Positions 11,400 through 23,486 of a DNA stretch of 64,000 nt are shown here, one piece after another (position 1 is the stretch's first letter; each line of letters opens with the position of its first letter). The DNA comes from Babesia bigemina (Eukaryota), in NCBI RefSeq assembly GCF_000981445.1, contig NC_027218.1, positions 2,790,001 to 2,854,000 of the forward strand. The letters run 5' to 3'. Made by a program: the position numbers and the translations under genes. Under the pieces are notes generated by a model, which saw only the letters and a list, made by a program, of their open reading frames with translations, had not been told where the DNA came from and ran no database searches.

Positions 11400-14300
11400 A
11401 TGGCCGCCGAGATCCTCCTGATGCCCGAGTCCCTTCACAGGGCGCTCGAAGGCTCGCTCTCCCCGGACCAGGCGCTGAGACAGGAGAGTGAGGAGTACCT
11501 CTACAAGGTGGGTGATACAGCCGCCAATAGGCCCGTGGCCTGGCACACATGACCATATCCCAACGCCTCAAAATATGCGCTCACGCATTCGCAGATATCT
11601 ACTGCCAAGGGGGCAATACCGCTGCTTCTATCGCTCATCTCGGCAGACGCGGTAGAGGCGCCGATCAGACTGGCCGGCGCCGTGAAACTTAAGAATATTG
11701 TAATCACACACTGGAGAGATTCCAGCGTGTTGTGCGCGGAAGACCGGGCCGCGTTATGGAAGGGCATATACAATGCGATCCTCTCCGTCGGACGCGAAAA
11801 CGACCTGATCAGACGCCAGTGCTTCGAAGCGCTGCGCCACATCGTATTTAACGCTGAGCAGGCTGACGTCAGCTACATCGCGCAGCGCGTGAAGACGGAC
11901 ATAGAGCAGCGCTCCAATGGCGACACCCTGCTCTGCGCCCTCAAGGCACTGCGCAAGCTCATGTACCGCTACGAGTACCACGCCCAGTCGATGACGGATG
12001 AGGTCAATGCTGTGGTCGACGGCTTTTTCGGGCACTTGCTCCAGGTGGCGCAGGACGCCTCCAACGCCGGGCTGGAGTCACCCGAAGCCGCGGAGTGCAT
12101 CCACCAGGTGCTCAAGGTGTACTTCTCATTGGCGCTGCTCACGTCGCCGACCACCGAAACCGTGCAGAGCACGCTCCAGTCCTGGATGGCGCTCGTGCAG
12201 TTCGTCTTGGACAACCCCGTGCGATGGGACGCGGTGTTCAAGACCGGCGAGCACGCCATGATGCCGTATGTGGAGCTGCCCGACGATGAGGAGTCGCGCC
12301 TGCACGAAATGCCGCGGTTCAAGTGCCTTAAGTGGGCAATCCAAATTCTCACCAAGTACATGTCGAGGCAGACGCCCCAAAAAATCGAGAAGGACGAGGG
12401 CAAGATGCACTATGTTCGCTACCTCAAGGACGGGTACGCCGCCCTATTCGCCAAGAAGCTGGTGCTCCTGCTCCAGGCGGAGGCCTCGGGAGGCGCCGTA
12501 TTCACCAACAACCTGCACCACAGGATGTGGACCTACCTCAAGTACACATTGCCCCTGACCGACGTCTACAACGCCTCCATGCAGCCGTGTGCGGCGGTCA
12601 TCGTGCAGATGATCTTCCAGACGTTCGCCTGCAACGCCTACGACGAGCAGAAGTACCTGGAGGACCCGGAGTCGTACATCCAAAACAGCCCAGACGTCAG
12701 CTTCCAGCTCATGTCGCCGCGAGGCACTGCCGCCGACTTCATCAAGGACGCGTGCAAGTTCTGCCGCGCCGATTTCGCGCCGATCATCATATCGGCAGCC
12801 AGGGACGTGTTCCGCGACCGCGGCAACTCAGTGCCGGAATTGTACGGAATCATGTGCCTGGTCGGCCACACCGTCGCAGGGGTGCTGCAGAACAGCAAAA
12901 AGGGCAAGAAGAAAATGGGCTCCGGCATGGCTGACATGCCAGCGGAGCAGCTGCTGGATGGCGAGGCGTTCATCACCACCTTCGTCGCCCCCTTGCTCAG
13001 CTCGCCCGACAAGTGGCTCAGGATGCGGGCGGCCTGGCTATGCGGGCACGTAGTGAGGACCATTCATCCCTGGAGGGACTCGCAGACGCTCCTCACGTTG
13101 TACTCCAGGCTCGTGGAGTTGCTGGGCGATCAGGAGGTCATAGTTTCCGTCATGGCGACCGGCGCCGTCCTCGCCTTCTTCCACTCCTCCGACGAGACGC
13201 TGCAGAGGACCATAGTGGAATACCTGCCGGTGCTTCTGCAGAACCTCTTCAAGCTCATGGAGCGGGTCGAATTGGAGACCGTTGTTTCCACCCTCGATGA
13301 AGTCGTGGATAGGTACTCCGTGGCCGTGCTGCCGTTCGGGGCGCAGATCACGGAGAATGTCTGCAACGCGCTCTGGAACAGCGTTGGCAACGAGGGTGTG
13401 GTAGACAAGCACGACGAGGACACAAGCAACGATGAGCAGATACTGGCCCGCTGGTCGATGGTGCAAACGCTGACCTCAATCGTTAGACTTGCGGCCGAGG
13501 CCGACACCAAGACCATGACGCCCAATGACTGCGAAATGTTCGCAAAAATCGCACACAGGACAGGCACTCTGTTGATTTCCCTATACGAACACCTGGACTT
13601 GGACACTCTGATGGACTACATCGACGACCTCGCCATGCTGCTGAGCTATTCGGTGAAGATAATCCACAAGGTGGTGGGCTACGCCGGGGAGGAGAAGGCG
13701 GCGCTCATGGGTGCGCGCTTCGCGGATATGTGGAAGATACTGGGGCTGTGCACGAAGGCCATAAGCGGGTACCACGCCAATGACTCCGAAGACGGCGATA
13801 CGATACAGGCCGTTATGGTGGAAATCAGCGTCATCCGAGGCCCGGTGAGGAGCCTGCTCGCGTATGCGCCCAACGGGTTCACCTTCGACATCGCCATGCA
13901 GCTCTACGCGCTCTGCCAAAAGTCATTCGACGGAGACGACGGGACTCATGCTGAGCGCCTTTTGGCCGACGTCTTCGAGGTGACGTACAACACCCGGGCC
14001 TGCGATAGCATCCTCGCGGTGGCCGCCAAGGAGCTGACCAAGGGCATCGCTGAAACCTACGAGGCCATCATGAACACCCCGACATACTTCCAATCCAAAA
14101 TAAGGTACGCAGCGGTGGTGGTGATGTACTCCTGCCGCGAAAACCCCCCGCTGAAGAGCCTGGAGGACCCCGACACACTCATCAAAGTACTCTTGCACGT
14201 GTCGCGGGGCTGCACGTCCAAATACATGTGCAAGCTCTACCTGGCCTGCTTCTCCTCCCTCAAGCAAAACGTGGCGCGCTACAGCCAGGACGAAAACGTG

Positions 14301-14564
14301 CAGCGAGCCATTGACGAGCTCTTGCTTGAAGCGCACAATGTGAACAACGGCAGCCGCATGAATCCGGAACTCGATGACATGGACGAGGAAGACTCCGACT
14401 TCTACACGGACGATGACGACGATTACGACTACGAATCCGACGACGATGACTATGACGACAGCTACGATGACGACGACGAATTCGACGACGGCTGCTCGCC
14501 TCTGGACAACTGCAACTACGCGGACATGTGTTTCCGGGTTGCGGCTAACAAGCCCCCACTCTAA
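11400..14564 (+). CDS. Importin-beta family karyopherin, importin-7/8 (Nmd5/Sxm1)-like
   Basis: Exon 1 MAAEILL...SPDQALRQESEEYLYK is spliced to IRLAGAVKLKN (IBN_N-like). HEAT-like helices, EDPESYI and WLRMRAAW motifs, acidic C-terminal tail. Confidence 0.85.
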
Positions 14565-14809
14565 ACCGATGCACGCCAACCGTGCGAAATTGACTGGCGT
14601 ATCGAATATCCACCTTTTCGTAGTAGAGCACCCAGATACCGCGCCATGCCCGCGAAGTTGCTTGATTGGGGCCGTCACGCCGGTCAGGCCACAGCGACGA
14701 CTGGGCGTCACAACCAACCCCCAGCCGCGGCGCTGTTGATACAGCGCTGAAATGAGACTTCACGAACTCAAATATGCCAGATATAGACGCGGAACGCACG
14801 CACGTAAAG

Positions 14810-14882
14810 TGATCCATGTGGGGCTCGAACCCACGACATTTGGCTCATAAGACCAACGCTCTAACCACTGAGCTAATGGATC
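14810..14882 (-). tRNA. tRNA-Ile(UAU), intronless
   Basis: Minus strand reads GATCCAT TAGCTCAGTGGTTAGAGC G TTGGT CTTATGA GCCAA ATGTC GTGGG TTCGAGC CCCAC ATGGATC A: a full cloverleaf with anticodon TAT. Confidence 0.96.
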
Positions 14883-15039
14883 CCGGGCGGAACTGTATAT
14901 TATAGGTTAAGATTCTACAATGCGTGGCATGCGGCTAGATGAAAGGCGAACGTGGTCAACGGCGACGTTGTAAAGGCATTCTAAATTAGAGCTGTTTTAC
15001 GGTTCCCGGTCTGAGGCGCCGCTGTCGTGCACCAGCTAC

Positions 15040-16891
15040 TCATGTCTTGCTCTGTAGATTGCGGAGGGTGTGCTTGCAGCGGTTTATCTGCTGCAGGAAG
15101 TAGTCCACGTACAACTTCTGGCTCTGCTTGCTCTTGATGTAGAGGACGTTCTGGTCGATGTAGAGGTCGATGTCGCCCTCGTTACCCGCAGGCATGGAGT
15201 CGCTGCCGCCAGCGGCGTTCGCGAATTGGCGCGTCTGGTGCTTCACGCTTAGCACGCAGGAGCGGACCAACTCCGGGTCGTCGCCCATCTTCATCAGAGC
15301 GGCCAGCTTTTCGAGGCTGATGTTGTGGTACAGCTTGGCGAAGGAGTAGATCTCGTCGACGCGGCGCTGGTTGGAGATCTCCTTCAAAAACAGGTTCAGC
15401 TGCCTAAGCACCGGCTCAATCAAAACGCCGCCAGTGATGTCCGAGTCGTCCACCTTAGACGTGACGTTGTCGCTGGACGCGTCGATGAACTTGGGGCAGC
15501 ACTTCAGGAACGCGTCACGGTACGCCTCCTCATTGTCGCTCTGGAGCCTGCGAAACGTTGTGACAGAGCAAAATCGACGCTTACTGGTAGAATCGGTTGG
15601 CATACTGCTCCTTAATGGTCTGGGTAAGCGTTTCATCGAGACGGATCTTGGTCGTGGTGTGGCACAGGACCAAGATGATGTACATCTTCTCAGTCAACTT
15701 GGCCATGGCGCCCTGCTGGTAGCTCTGCGTCACCAGGTAGCTGCGCTGCTTGGTCAGGAAAATTAAAATTTGCGATAATATCTTGATACAGTCGCCATAC
15801 CGCCTGCGCTCCAGTGATGCCACAAGATGCAAAAACGGACCTTAGCATCATGTAAGCGAAACCGAGGTGGTAGGACAATGACACGTAGTACGACGGCACC
15901 TTCCAGTACAAGAATTTGCTCGAGTAGTCGATGGACGCGGCCATGCGCACGGAGGTGTAGTAATCGCCGAGCAACACGTGAAGGCGGACCAGAGAGATCG
16001 AGGCAAAGTAGCCGAGCTGGTATCCCAGACCAGCGGTCTCCAAGCCGTCCTGCAATAAAATGGAACCATTGCATAATGCAGTTTGAAGCATTAGTACACA
16101 CGGTATTATATAGAGCGTTACACGCGTGTGCACTGCACTACAGACGACGCACATAAGGCCACTGTCGCAACCACCAGTGGGCAGTGGGAAACGTTGCACA
16201 GTGGCAAGGGAAGAAACAAACGAAACACGCAAAATCAGCTTACCGTCTGCAGATCGTGCGTCGAGTTCTTGTAAGCGGGGTTGACGGCTAGCCTGTGGAG
16301 CATCTCCAACACAGTGGGCACCTTCCAAATCGCATTCACCTTCACGCCGTCGTCGACATTGGCGTCTTCGGTGCGGCTGAGGCGACTGCGCCACCTGCAG
16401 CACTCCTGAAGCTGGTAGACGAATTCGTCGACGATGTCCCACGCCCAGGACGCGGGGATCACCAGGCCGCTCAGGCTGTCGGATTCGTCTCCCTTCTCCA
16501 GTTCGTCGACGAAGTAGCCCAAAAGCTTACAGTACTTCTCCCAGGAGTCCAGACGGTCCTCGTACGTCACGTCGCCCAAGTAGAAAACGTGGCGGTAGTA
16601 GATCTCGGAGTACAGCGCCATGATGAGGCTGTGCAGACGGCCGCTCTGGCTGTAGAAGCCAGCCACCTCAGAGATTGACGGCCATCGCGCAGTCTTGAAG
16701 TGGTTGTCCGTGATTATTGCTAAATCCTGCTCGTACAACGCCTTCACCTCCTCGGCGTTGCGGTTGTAGAGCCCGTCGTACAAATTCAGCAGGAACTGGA
16801 CCACCTCAGACTCGCGAGGAATCACCCCGCCCAGCCCGCGCTGCGGACTTTCGCCGCCTTGAATTCTCCGTACGAACTCTCCGGAAGACAT
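15040..16891 (-). CDS. EIF3L: Eukaryotic translation initiation factor 3 subunit L, multi-exon
   Basis: Motifs [48 protein letters not shown] and CCPKFI are spread over ORF fragments joined by GT-AG introns. Confidence 0.93.
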
Positions 16892-17370
16892 CGTCAGAAC
16901 ATACTATACCGCAGCAGGTCGGCGGCGCTGTACACCTGGAATCCGTGGGGCCCGCTTGTGTTAACGACCTTACGCGTTGCCTACGCAGCTCTATAACTCA
17001 TTCGCGCATTCGAAAATTTTAGTGGTGTGTGCGGTGCTTACAGTAGCTGCGCTCGGCGCTGTTTTGTCCTACCGCCGTGAGGAAGCGCCTCGGCGGATGC
17101 GCCAGCGTTGTGTATTACGCCGCTCGCTCGGTCATTGGTCATACGCACCAAGTCATTGGATATTAGTATGTGCGGTTAGGTTTAATAACACCCGCATCTT
17201 GCCATAAAAGCTACAAAAGGCAGGGTTACGACGACACACATTGAGTGTGTACCCGGCAGACGCCGATGAAACCACGTGTTTCCGATTCATTAGTTACTTT
17301 AAAATGTTCGTCATGAAGAATATGCTACGTGTATGTTAACTGAGAAACTCTGTTGCACCTAGTGCTGAAT

Positions 17371-18885
17371 TCAGAGGGTAGCCATCATATACAGTGCTAC
17401 TGCGGCTTTAATAGCCCTGGTGCCCATGCTCGCGAGCCCCGACGATGATTCACTGTTCCCCGTGTCCCGCATTTTGTTGGCCACTGTTCCGTCGCCCGCG
17501 GCGTCGTCTTCGGTGGCAGGCGCATCCCCATCTTTTAGACTTCTCTCGGTGGCAGGCGTGTCGACCTCTTCAGCACCGCTCCGAGGGGAAGTCGCACCAT
17601 GGGCCATCTCTTCGACGGACTGCAGAATTCCTGCCAGTGTTGATTCGTTCAGCGCAGCTGCCGTCAAAACTTCCCGCGATACCAGGGGCTCGTACTCCTC
17701 GAATATTGACTCCAGTGTCTGCTGCTCATCCAGTAATTCGCGAGCCTCAGTCGAGTCTGGCTCTATCGTCGGCAGCGCATCACTGATGTCGCTGTAACGC
17801 TTGTAAATAGTCCACGCGATGTCTATCTTTGCAAGTTGCTCAGAGACAGCCTCAAAGCCAATCTCGGCCGAACCGCCACACTGCGGCACAACTGACAGCA
17901 CCTTCTCGACAACCGCGGCGTGGTTAGCTCCGCTCTGTGGAATACCCTGTATCACATTGTTCACTTCAGTGGTAAAGTTCCGCAGTATGTCCAGCTGGTG
18001 GAATAAAGAACGATCTTTGAGGTATGCCCTTATCCTTTCCATGCGTGCGCTAGCAGGGTCACCTTCCGGCACATCATTGGTCTGCTTTTCCGTGGATGAT
18101 GCAGGTTTTTGGTCCCCTGCTTTAGTTTCTCCACTGTCATCGGGAGATGGAGTTGTAGTTCCGTTGGCATCGTCGGTCACACCGCCCTCGCTTCTTTCGG
18201 TGGAATGGCTGTCTTCCTTGGGAGACTGCGAAGCTGATAGGTCTTCAAAAGAGGGCATTGCTTCCGGTTTTGCATGGTTTTCAATTTTCAGATATGCGTC
18301 TAAGTCGGCCTTGTGTTTTTGAATGAAATTGGTCGCTTTGATAATCCTGCTGTCGAAGTCTTGCAGAAGGTGACTTGTGGCGTTGATCACCAGTGATTGC
18401 TTGCCCTCGAACTGCCCTTCCAAAGCGCTCACAACACTACGAAGCTCATCTAATCTTCCCTGCGTCGCGCCTCCACGGTTGAACTCGTCCATCAACTCGC
18501 GGTATCTATCAAACATGTTTCCGATCTCGATGTACTCCTTGGCGTCACGACTTAGGCTTATGAAGTCGTTCATTATCTGCCCAGCTTCGGCTTGATCCGC
18601 ATCTTTAGTTTCTTGTGGAGCGTCAGAAGCCAATAGCGCAAGTGATACGGCTGCCAAGTCAGCATATATACCCTCAACATCCTTCACAATGGTTGCAAGG
18701 CCTTTGATGCGCCCGTAGAAAAACTCGTCACCGGCGTAAAAGTCAAGGCCTTTAAGAGGAATCACTTCAACGTCCGAATCGTCGCTCTCACCGGGCAGTA
18801 TCGTAGCGAAACCGCTGAGGATTACCATGTACAGGCACACAAGGGCAGCAAGTACCCTTCGTCCGCGGTACTGAACAACAGCCAT
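17371..18885 (-). CDS. Putative GPI-anchored surface protein (lineage-specific), 504 aa
   Basis: N-terminal hydrophobic signal (VLAALVCLYMVILSG), helical domains separated by S/T/D/E/P-rich linkers, and a C-terminal small-residue site plus hydrophobic tail (SSSGLASMGTRAIKAAVALYMMATL). Confidence 0.7.
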   Translation of the reverse strand: MAVVQYRGRRVLAALVCLYMVILSGFATILPGESDDSDVEVIPLKGLDFYAGDEFFYGRIKGLATIVKDVEGIYADLAAVSLALLASDAPQETKDADQAEAGQIMNDFISLSRDAKEYIEIGNMFDRYRELMDEFNRGGATQGRLDELRSVVSALEGQFEGKQSLVINATSHLLQDFDSRIIKATNFIQKHKADLDAYLKIENHAKPEAMPSFEDLSASQSPKEDSHSTERSEGGVTDDANGTTTPSPDDSGETKAGDQKPASSTEKQTNDVPEGDPASARMERIRAYLKDRSLFHQLDILRNFTTEVNNVIQGIPQSGANHAAVVEKVLSVVPQCGGSAEIGFEAVSEQLAKIDIAWTIYKRYSDISDALPTIEPDSTEARELLDEQQTLESIFEEYEPLVSREVLTAAALNESTLAGILQSVEEMAHGATSPRSGAEEVDTPATERSLKDGDAPATEDDAAGDGTVANKMRDTGNSESSSGLASMGTRAIKAAVALYMMATL

Positions 18886-19878
18886 CGTTACTGACTAGAA
18901 GCGCAGAGCCGAAGCGAATATATTTCGAAACTTATAAAGACACCGGGTGTTAACGGGGGTCTTTTTTATTCGGAGGGATTCACAAGCCGCTACCAAAGCT
19001 AGCTATGATTGAGGCTGCATCCAGAACACCGTTGCGCATAAACGAGACCACTAGAATGTAGTAATTATATTTTGCGTTTACAACTGTTGAAGTTAATGAA
19101 TTGATAGCGATATGGCAGTAGGCTGCCAGAGCCGCACAATGGCAGGCAGCAGCGAGAAACGTCTTGCTGCTTTTCGCAGCTAAGAGCCATTGCGCTACGA
19201 AATATTCCACGGCGTCTCACTGTACCCTATAATGTGTAACTTAGAACAAAAGCACCTCTATATGTTGGTTGTGATGCGTAAAATAAAGTATACGCCGAAT
19301 TTAGTCATTCTGACCGGAGCGCAACGCATAGTTCCCAGCTGCTCTTCCTCGCCAACACAATCCAAAACGTCAAATGAGATGTACCTATGGTGTGCATCGC
19401 TTCTAACAGGTTCTATTAGCGCAACTGCCGGTAAAATAGTTCTTGACACGAAATTCTGGTGTCGGCAGTGACCAGTGCCGCCAGCGATAACGCCAATGCC
19501 GTGATTCGGCTGGTGGCCGGTATACAGCCTCAATGATAATCAAAAGTTGTGCAGCAACGCAGTAATTGCCCTGTGTACCACGGGAAACAAAGAGTAACGT
19601 AATTACTGTGTATATAGCTGCTTCACAAGGATGGCACAGTTTACACCTACACGCCCATTTTCTAAACACACGAGGAAAATGTGTGCCGTAATAGCTTGTT
19701 TTTATTGTTGCAATTGATATTAATGATGTGCGTTGACGAATTCATGTTTCCACCGGCCTGACAATGGCAGTCGACTGTATGGTAAACGTGATGCCACACC
19801 AAGGCTTCATATGGCAATTTATGCGGCCTTCCGTGTTACTGATACAATAGGATAAATGTAGGTGATGTGTAGAAGCTG

Positions 19879-21660
19879 ATGGTGCGGCTAACTTTGAAGA
19901 CACGGCCAGTGTGCAGGCTGTCCTTCTGCGCTCCACGGAGATTCCACGCCTTCGCGGCTGTATGGATGCTCTTATGGCTCTCCAGCCATGTGGCGGAATG
20001 TGTTCACTCGCCTATGCGGTCGGCGGTGGCCACGGTTGCCGTTTTTGGAGGCAACCCTCTGTCGCGGAGCACGGCGGGGCTACAGGTGAGGGACCTTCCA
20101 CGCCAACGAAAGTTCATGACGAGCAGAAATATGCAAAATCGCAACGCCATCTCACAAGATGCCCGCGCATGGCGATGGTGGCTGTAAAGTCGTCGGATGA
20201 TCTCCCTTCAGCAGTTGAGGACGATGCGGACTACGAAGTGGCAAAGAACCAGGTATGTCTAAAGCCGCCAGCAGCCAGTTGAGGCATATCTGCAGCCTTG
20301 AATGGGCTTGCATTGTCACGTGACTGCTATTTTTTCGCATATTAGATACAATAACTCGCAGATTGTCACTGAGGTCAAGGAGGTAGAATCCTTGTTCAAG
20401 GCGGTGTTGAGTCGGATATTCAGCCACCTCTACCATTACGTGAAACACAAGGCGATGCAATCGTATTTGTCGTTCTACATTGTCAGCCCCCTGGGCCTGG
20501 GAATCGGGAACCTGCTGAACAGCAACCTCAACGATCAATACATTACCAAGTAGGTTACCAAGCATCCCATTCTCACAGTTGCAGTAAATTGGGGCTGCCA
20601 GAAAACGCTACACCGGCCACTTTTAATATCGCATATGAGCAGGTACGAGTAAGGTGTTCCACTTTCACGGTGGTTAGGTGGAGGTGCCATCGCATTTCTC
20701 AAAGGCTCATAAGCAGTGCTGGTTGATACGGTCAACGAACCCTAAAGCGACAAAGGCATTTGTTCTCCTGCACGGATGGTTCGGTAACATGCAGTCGTGC
20801 TTACAATTTGCCGATATGCTCAGCAAGGTACTGTTTCGGTCTGCTTTTAGTAGCTGCACTGCCTATTTCCACGAATAATATCCTCGTAGATGGGTTCTCT
20901 AGACACCCACCACATACTCATATTGGATTTGCACGACGACAGCGGAAAGTCGTTCGAGACAAACGTTGGTTTGAAGGGAGTCGCGGACATATACGATGCT
21001 GCGGCGTATCTGAATCGCGAATTGGGTGTGGACCATATGAGCCTTTATGCGCAGTCTGTGAGCTGTATCAGTGCACTGCTGTTCAACGAGCTCGTCTCAA
21101 GGATCAAAAAACCTTTAGAAGACACTACCAGAGAGGCAATCTGCCCGCTTTTCGATGGCATGGATCCCGCCGTCCTCCGTAATTTCACAGTCGACACGAT
21201 CATCATGGAATCTCCGGTGGCAAACATCCGCAATCACGTGGCTAACTCGACGACAGAATCCGTTAACTGGTTTATGGAACACGTTCTATCATTGGTCAAC
21301 AAGTGAGTGGAATAACATGTTTTAATGAAATGCAGGGGCGGATTTCACATTGATAACCTATCCCTCCGAACGCTGTTGAGGGATCCGGAGACGTGTTCCA
21401 AATCGTACATAATGCAGGGCGCAAAGGACACCGTTACCACCCCTCAGATGCTTCGGAGTGAGTTAATGCGGAGTGATTTGCCATCCCGCATAAACATGTT
21501 TTTGTTCCAGGACGGAGGCCACGCCAACTTATCGGCAACAAGCAAACCGGACTACTACTACACCATAAAACACGTGACGGTCGGTAGGAATGCGTGGGAA
21601 TTCCTGACACGCAAGGGCACAAAGACGCGTGTTGACGACCCAGATGGCCTGGTTATGTGA
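19879..21660 (+). CDS. Alpha/beta-hydrolase fold protein with N-terminal hydrophobic segment, multi-exon
   Basis: [10 protein letters not shown] oxyanion region, LYAQSVS nucleophile elbow, [15 protein letters not shown] (Asp) and GGHANL (His) lie across spliced ORF pieces. Exact exon boundaries are only partly resolved. Confidence 0.75.
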
Positions 21661-21932
21661 CATTTCCAGGGCAATACTTAACTGGGCATAGACGGGAATC
21701 TAATTTATTTAGTAATCGCATACTGAGAATCTTAGAATAAGCACTTACACTCCATAACCGAGGTTTATTCTGTTGCAAAAGTCATTGTTGAATGGGTTTT
21801 AAAACTAGTGCGCAATGGCAAGTTTCATTAGACAAGGTAACGGATAGCACGTAAAAAGTGTAATCTCATGCATAGGGTTTGTAGCACAGAACATAGCGTT
21901 ATTATCGTGGAAATCGCGATTAATGTTGTCCG

Positions 21933-23266
21933 TATGTCATGTGTAAGGTGACGAACCAACCTGGCGGTGCCGGTGGCATCTGAGAGCGTGTATTGCCGGT
22001 GTCGGAGACCTCCGGCGAATTAAGCGCAGTTTCTACGGAGCGACAAAGGGCGGATTCGTGTGGTTGAGGTGTATGTGTGAGGGGAGTCGGCGTCACTCTC
22101 GCGTCGCCCTCCGTACGTGTCGCAGTCACGCGATACTTGATATTCCGGCGTGGTTCGGGAATCGTGCAGATGTGGGTGTGTGTAGCGCCGTGGTTCGTAT
22201 TGTGACGCCACTGTGAGTGTTGTTGTCCACCCCTTTCGTGTCGCTTGCGTGCAGTGGATTTGGTTGGTGTTGCAGGATGAGCGCATTGGCCAGCTCCCTT
22301 TCAGTGAATCTGAGCCAGGTTCTGCAGAAGAATGTGCATCTGCTCGACCTTCAGTACGACCATTACTGCAAATACGTGGCAGCTGGGTGTCGATCGCAGA
22401 ATGGCTCTGAGGTGGTGATTTTGGAGAAGGATGTGTCTGCCGATGACTCCGGCAGCTTCCGCGTGGTGAGCAGCGTGAGCACTCGTTGCGATCCTGTGTT
22501 GTTGTGCTGGGCTCCTCCCCAATTTGGGAGGGTGCTGTTGGTGGCATTGAGCGACAACTCCATTTCGTTCTACCAGCATGCGCCGTCAGCGGGAGTGTGG
22601 CAGCTGTCGTTGTACCAGGAGAAGCGCGATGTGCAGAAGTCGATAAGTTGTATGAGTGTGGGCGTGTCACCGAAGGGCGAGCTGCTGTGCGCCGTTGGTT
22701 CGCCCGGCGGCAGCATCGGCGTGATCTTTTGTGAGGGATCGTTTGAGTGCGTTGAGTTCCAGGCCCACTGCGGCGGTGTGAGCAGCGTTTGCTTCGCCGG
22801 TAACGACAGTGTGTTGTCTGGTGGCAGTGCTGGGCGTTCGTGTCAGCTTGCCAGCGGTGGCAGCGACGGCTGCGTGAAGGTTTGGCAACTGGTCGATCGC
22901 AAGTTCCAGCTGCTGAAGACGTTGCCTCTGGAGTGCGAGTCCAAGAGCCTTACTCAGGTGAAGTGCCTGTGCTGGAACAAGAGCGGCGACCGCTTGGCGG
23001 TTGGCACTGGTGGCAATTTGTTGTTGTTCGGCGGTGGGCCCGAGTGGTCTGAGTGCCAGCGCGTTGGCCTTCCTCGCGCGTCCGCGAATGTCTCCGCGTC
23101 ATTCAGCAACGAGCGCCTGGTGGTCTCGTGCGACAACGAGTGCTTCGTGTACCGCGCCGACGACCGTGGCGCGTACGAGCTCTCCACCGCGCTCCAGGCT
23201 TCCACCGAATAACAACCACCGCTCCGACACACACGCACATCATTCAATCGGAACTATCTAATTTTA
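21933..23266. repeat. 1334-bp direct repeat, copy 1
   Basis: Matches 43329-44662 at offset 21396. I saw only two substitutions, both upstream of the CDS (ggcgaat/ggcaaat; cgacaaa/cggcaaa). Confidence 0.97.
22277..23212 (+). CDS. Sec13/Seh1-like WD40 protein, copy 1
   Basis: DLQYDHYCKYVAAG, CWAPPQFGRVLLVA and LASGGSDGCVKVW resemble Sec13/Seh1 blades. The ATG follows a likely 5'UTR intron acceptor (ttgcag). Confidence 0.75.
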   Translation: MSALASSLSVNLSQVLQKNVHLLDLQYDHYCKYVAAGCRSQNGSEVVILEKDVSADDSGSFRVVSSVSTRCDPVLLCWAPPQFGRVLLVALSDNSISFYQHAPSAGVWQLSLYQEKRDVQKSISCMSVGVSPKGELLCAVGSPGGSIGVIFCEGSFECVEFQAHCGGVSSVCFAGNDSVLSGGSAGRSCQLASGGSDGCVKVWQLVDRKFQLLKTLPLECESKSLTQVKCLCWNKSGDRLAVGTGGNLLLFGGGPEWSECQRVGLPRASANVSASFSNERLVVSCDNECFVYRADDRGAYELSTALQASTE

Positions 23267-23486
23267 TTGTAACAAAATATGTGGATATGGTGGCGGCGAG
23301 TGATGTGTAGAGTGTTCTGGTTGTGCCGCAGTTGTCCACGTCCGCCTTAGTTTGCGGTTCTGCATTGCCTCTGTTATTTTTGATTTGTTACTATGCGTGA
23401 TTGAACAATTGTAGCCGATGATTCTATATTGATAACGCACGTAATATATTGGTGTATCGTACTGGATCCCATCAGGCCGGACCACA

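Noticed and set aside
14810..14882. G37 rather than A37 in tRNA-Ile(UAU)
   Set aside because: I recall the same CUUAUGA loop in other eukaryotic (e.g. plant) tRNA-Ile(UAU), so it is not clearly unusual.
21933..23266. Direct repeats interpreted as LTRs or a transposon
   Set aside because: The repeat is a housekeeping gene with its promoter. No TG...CA ends, target-site duplication, transposase, integrase or reverse transcriptase are visible.
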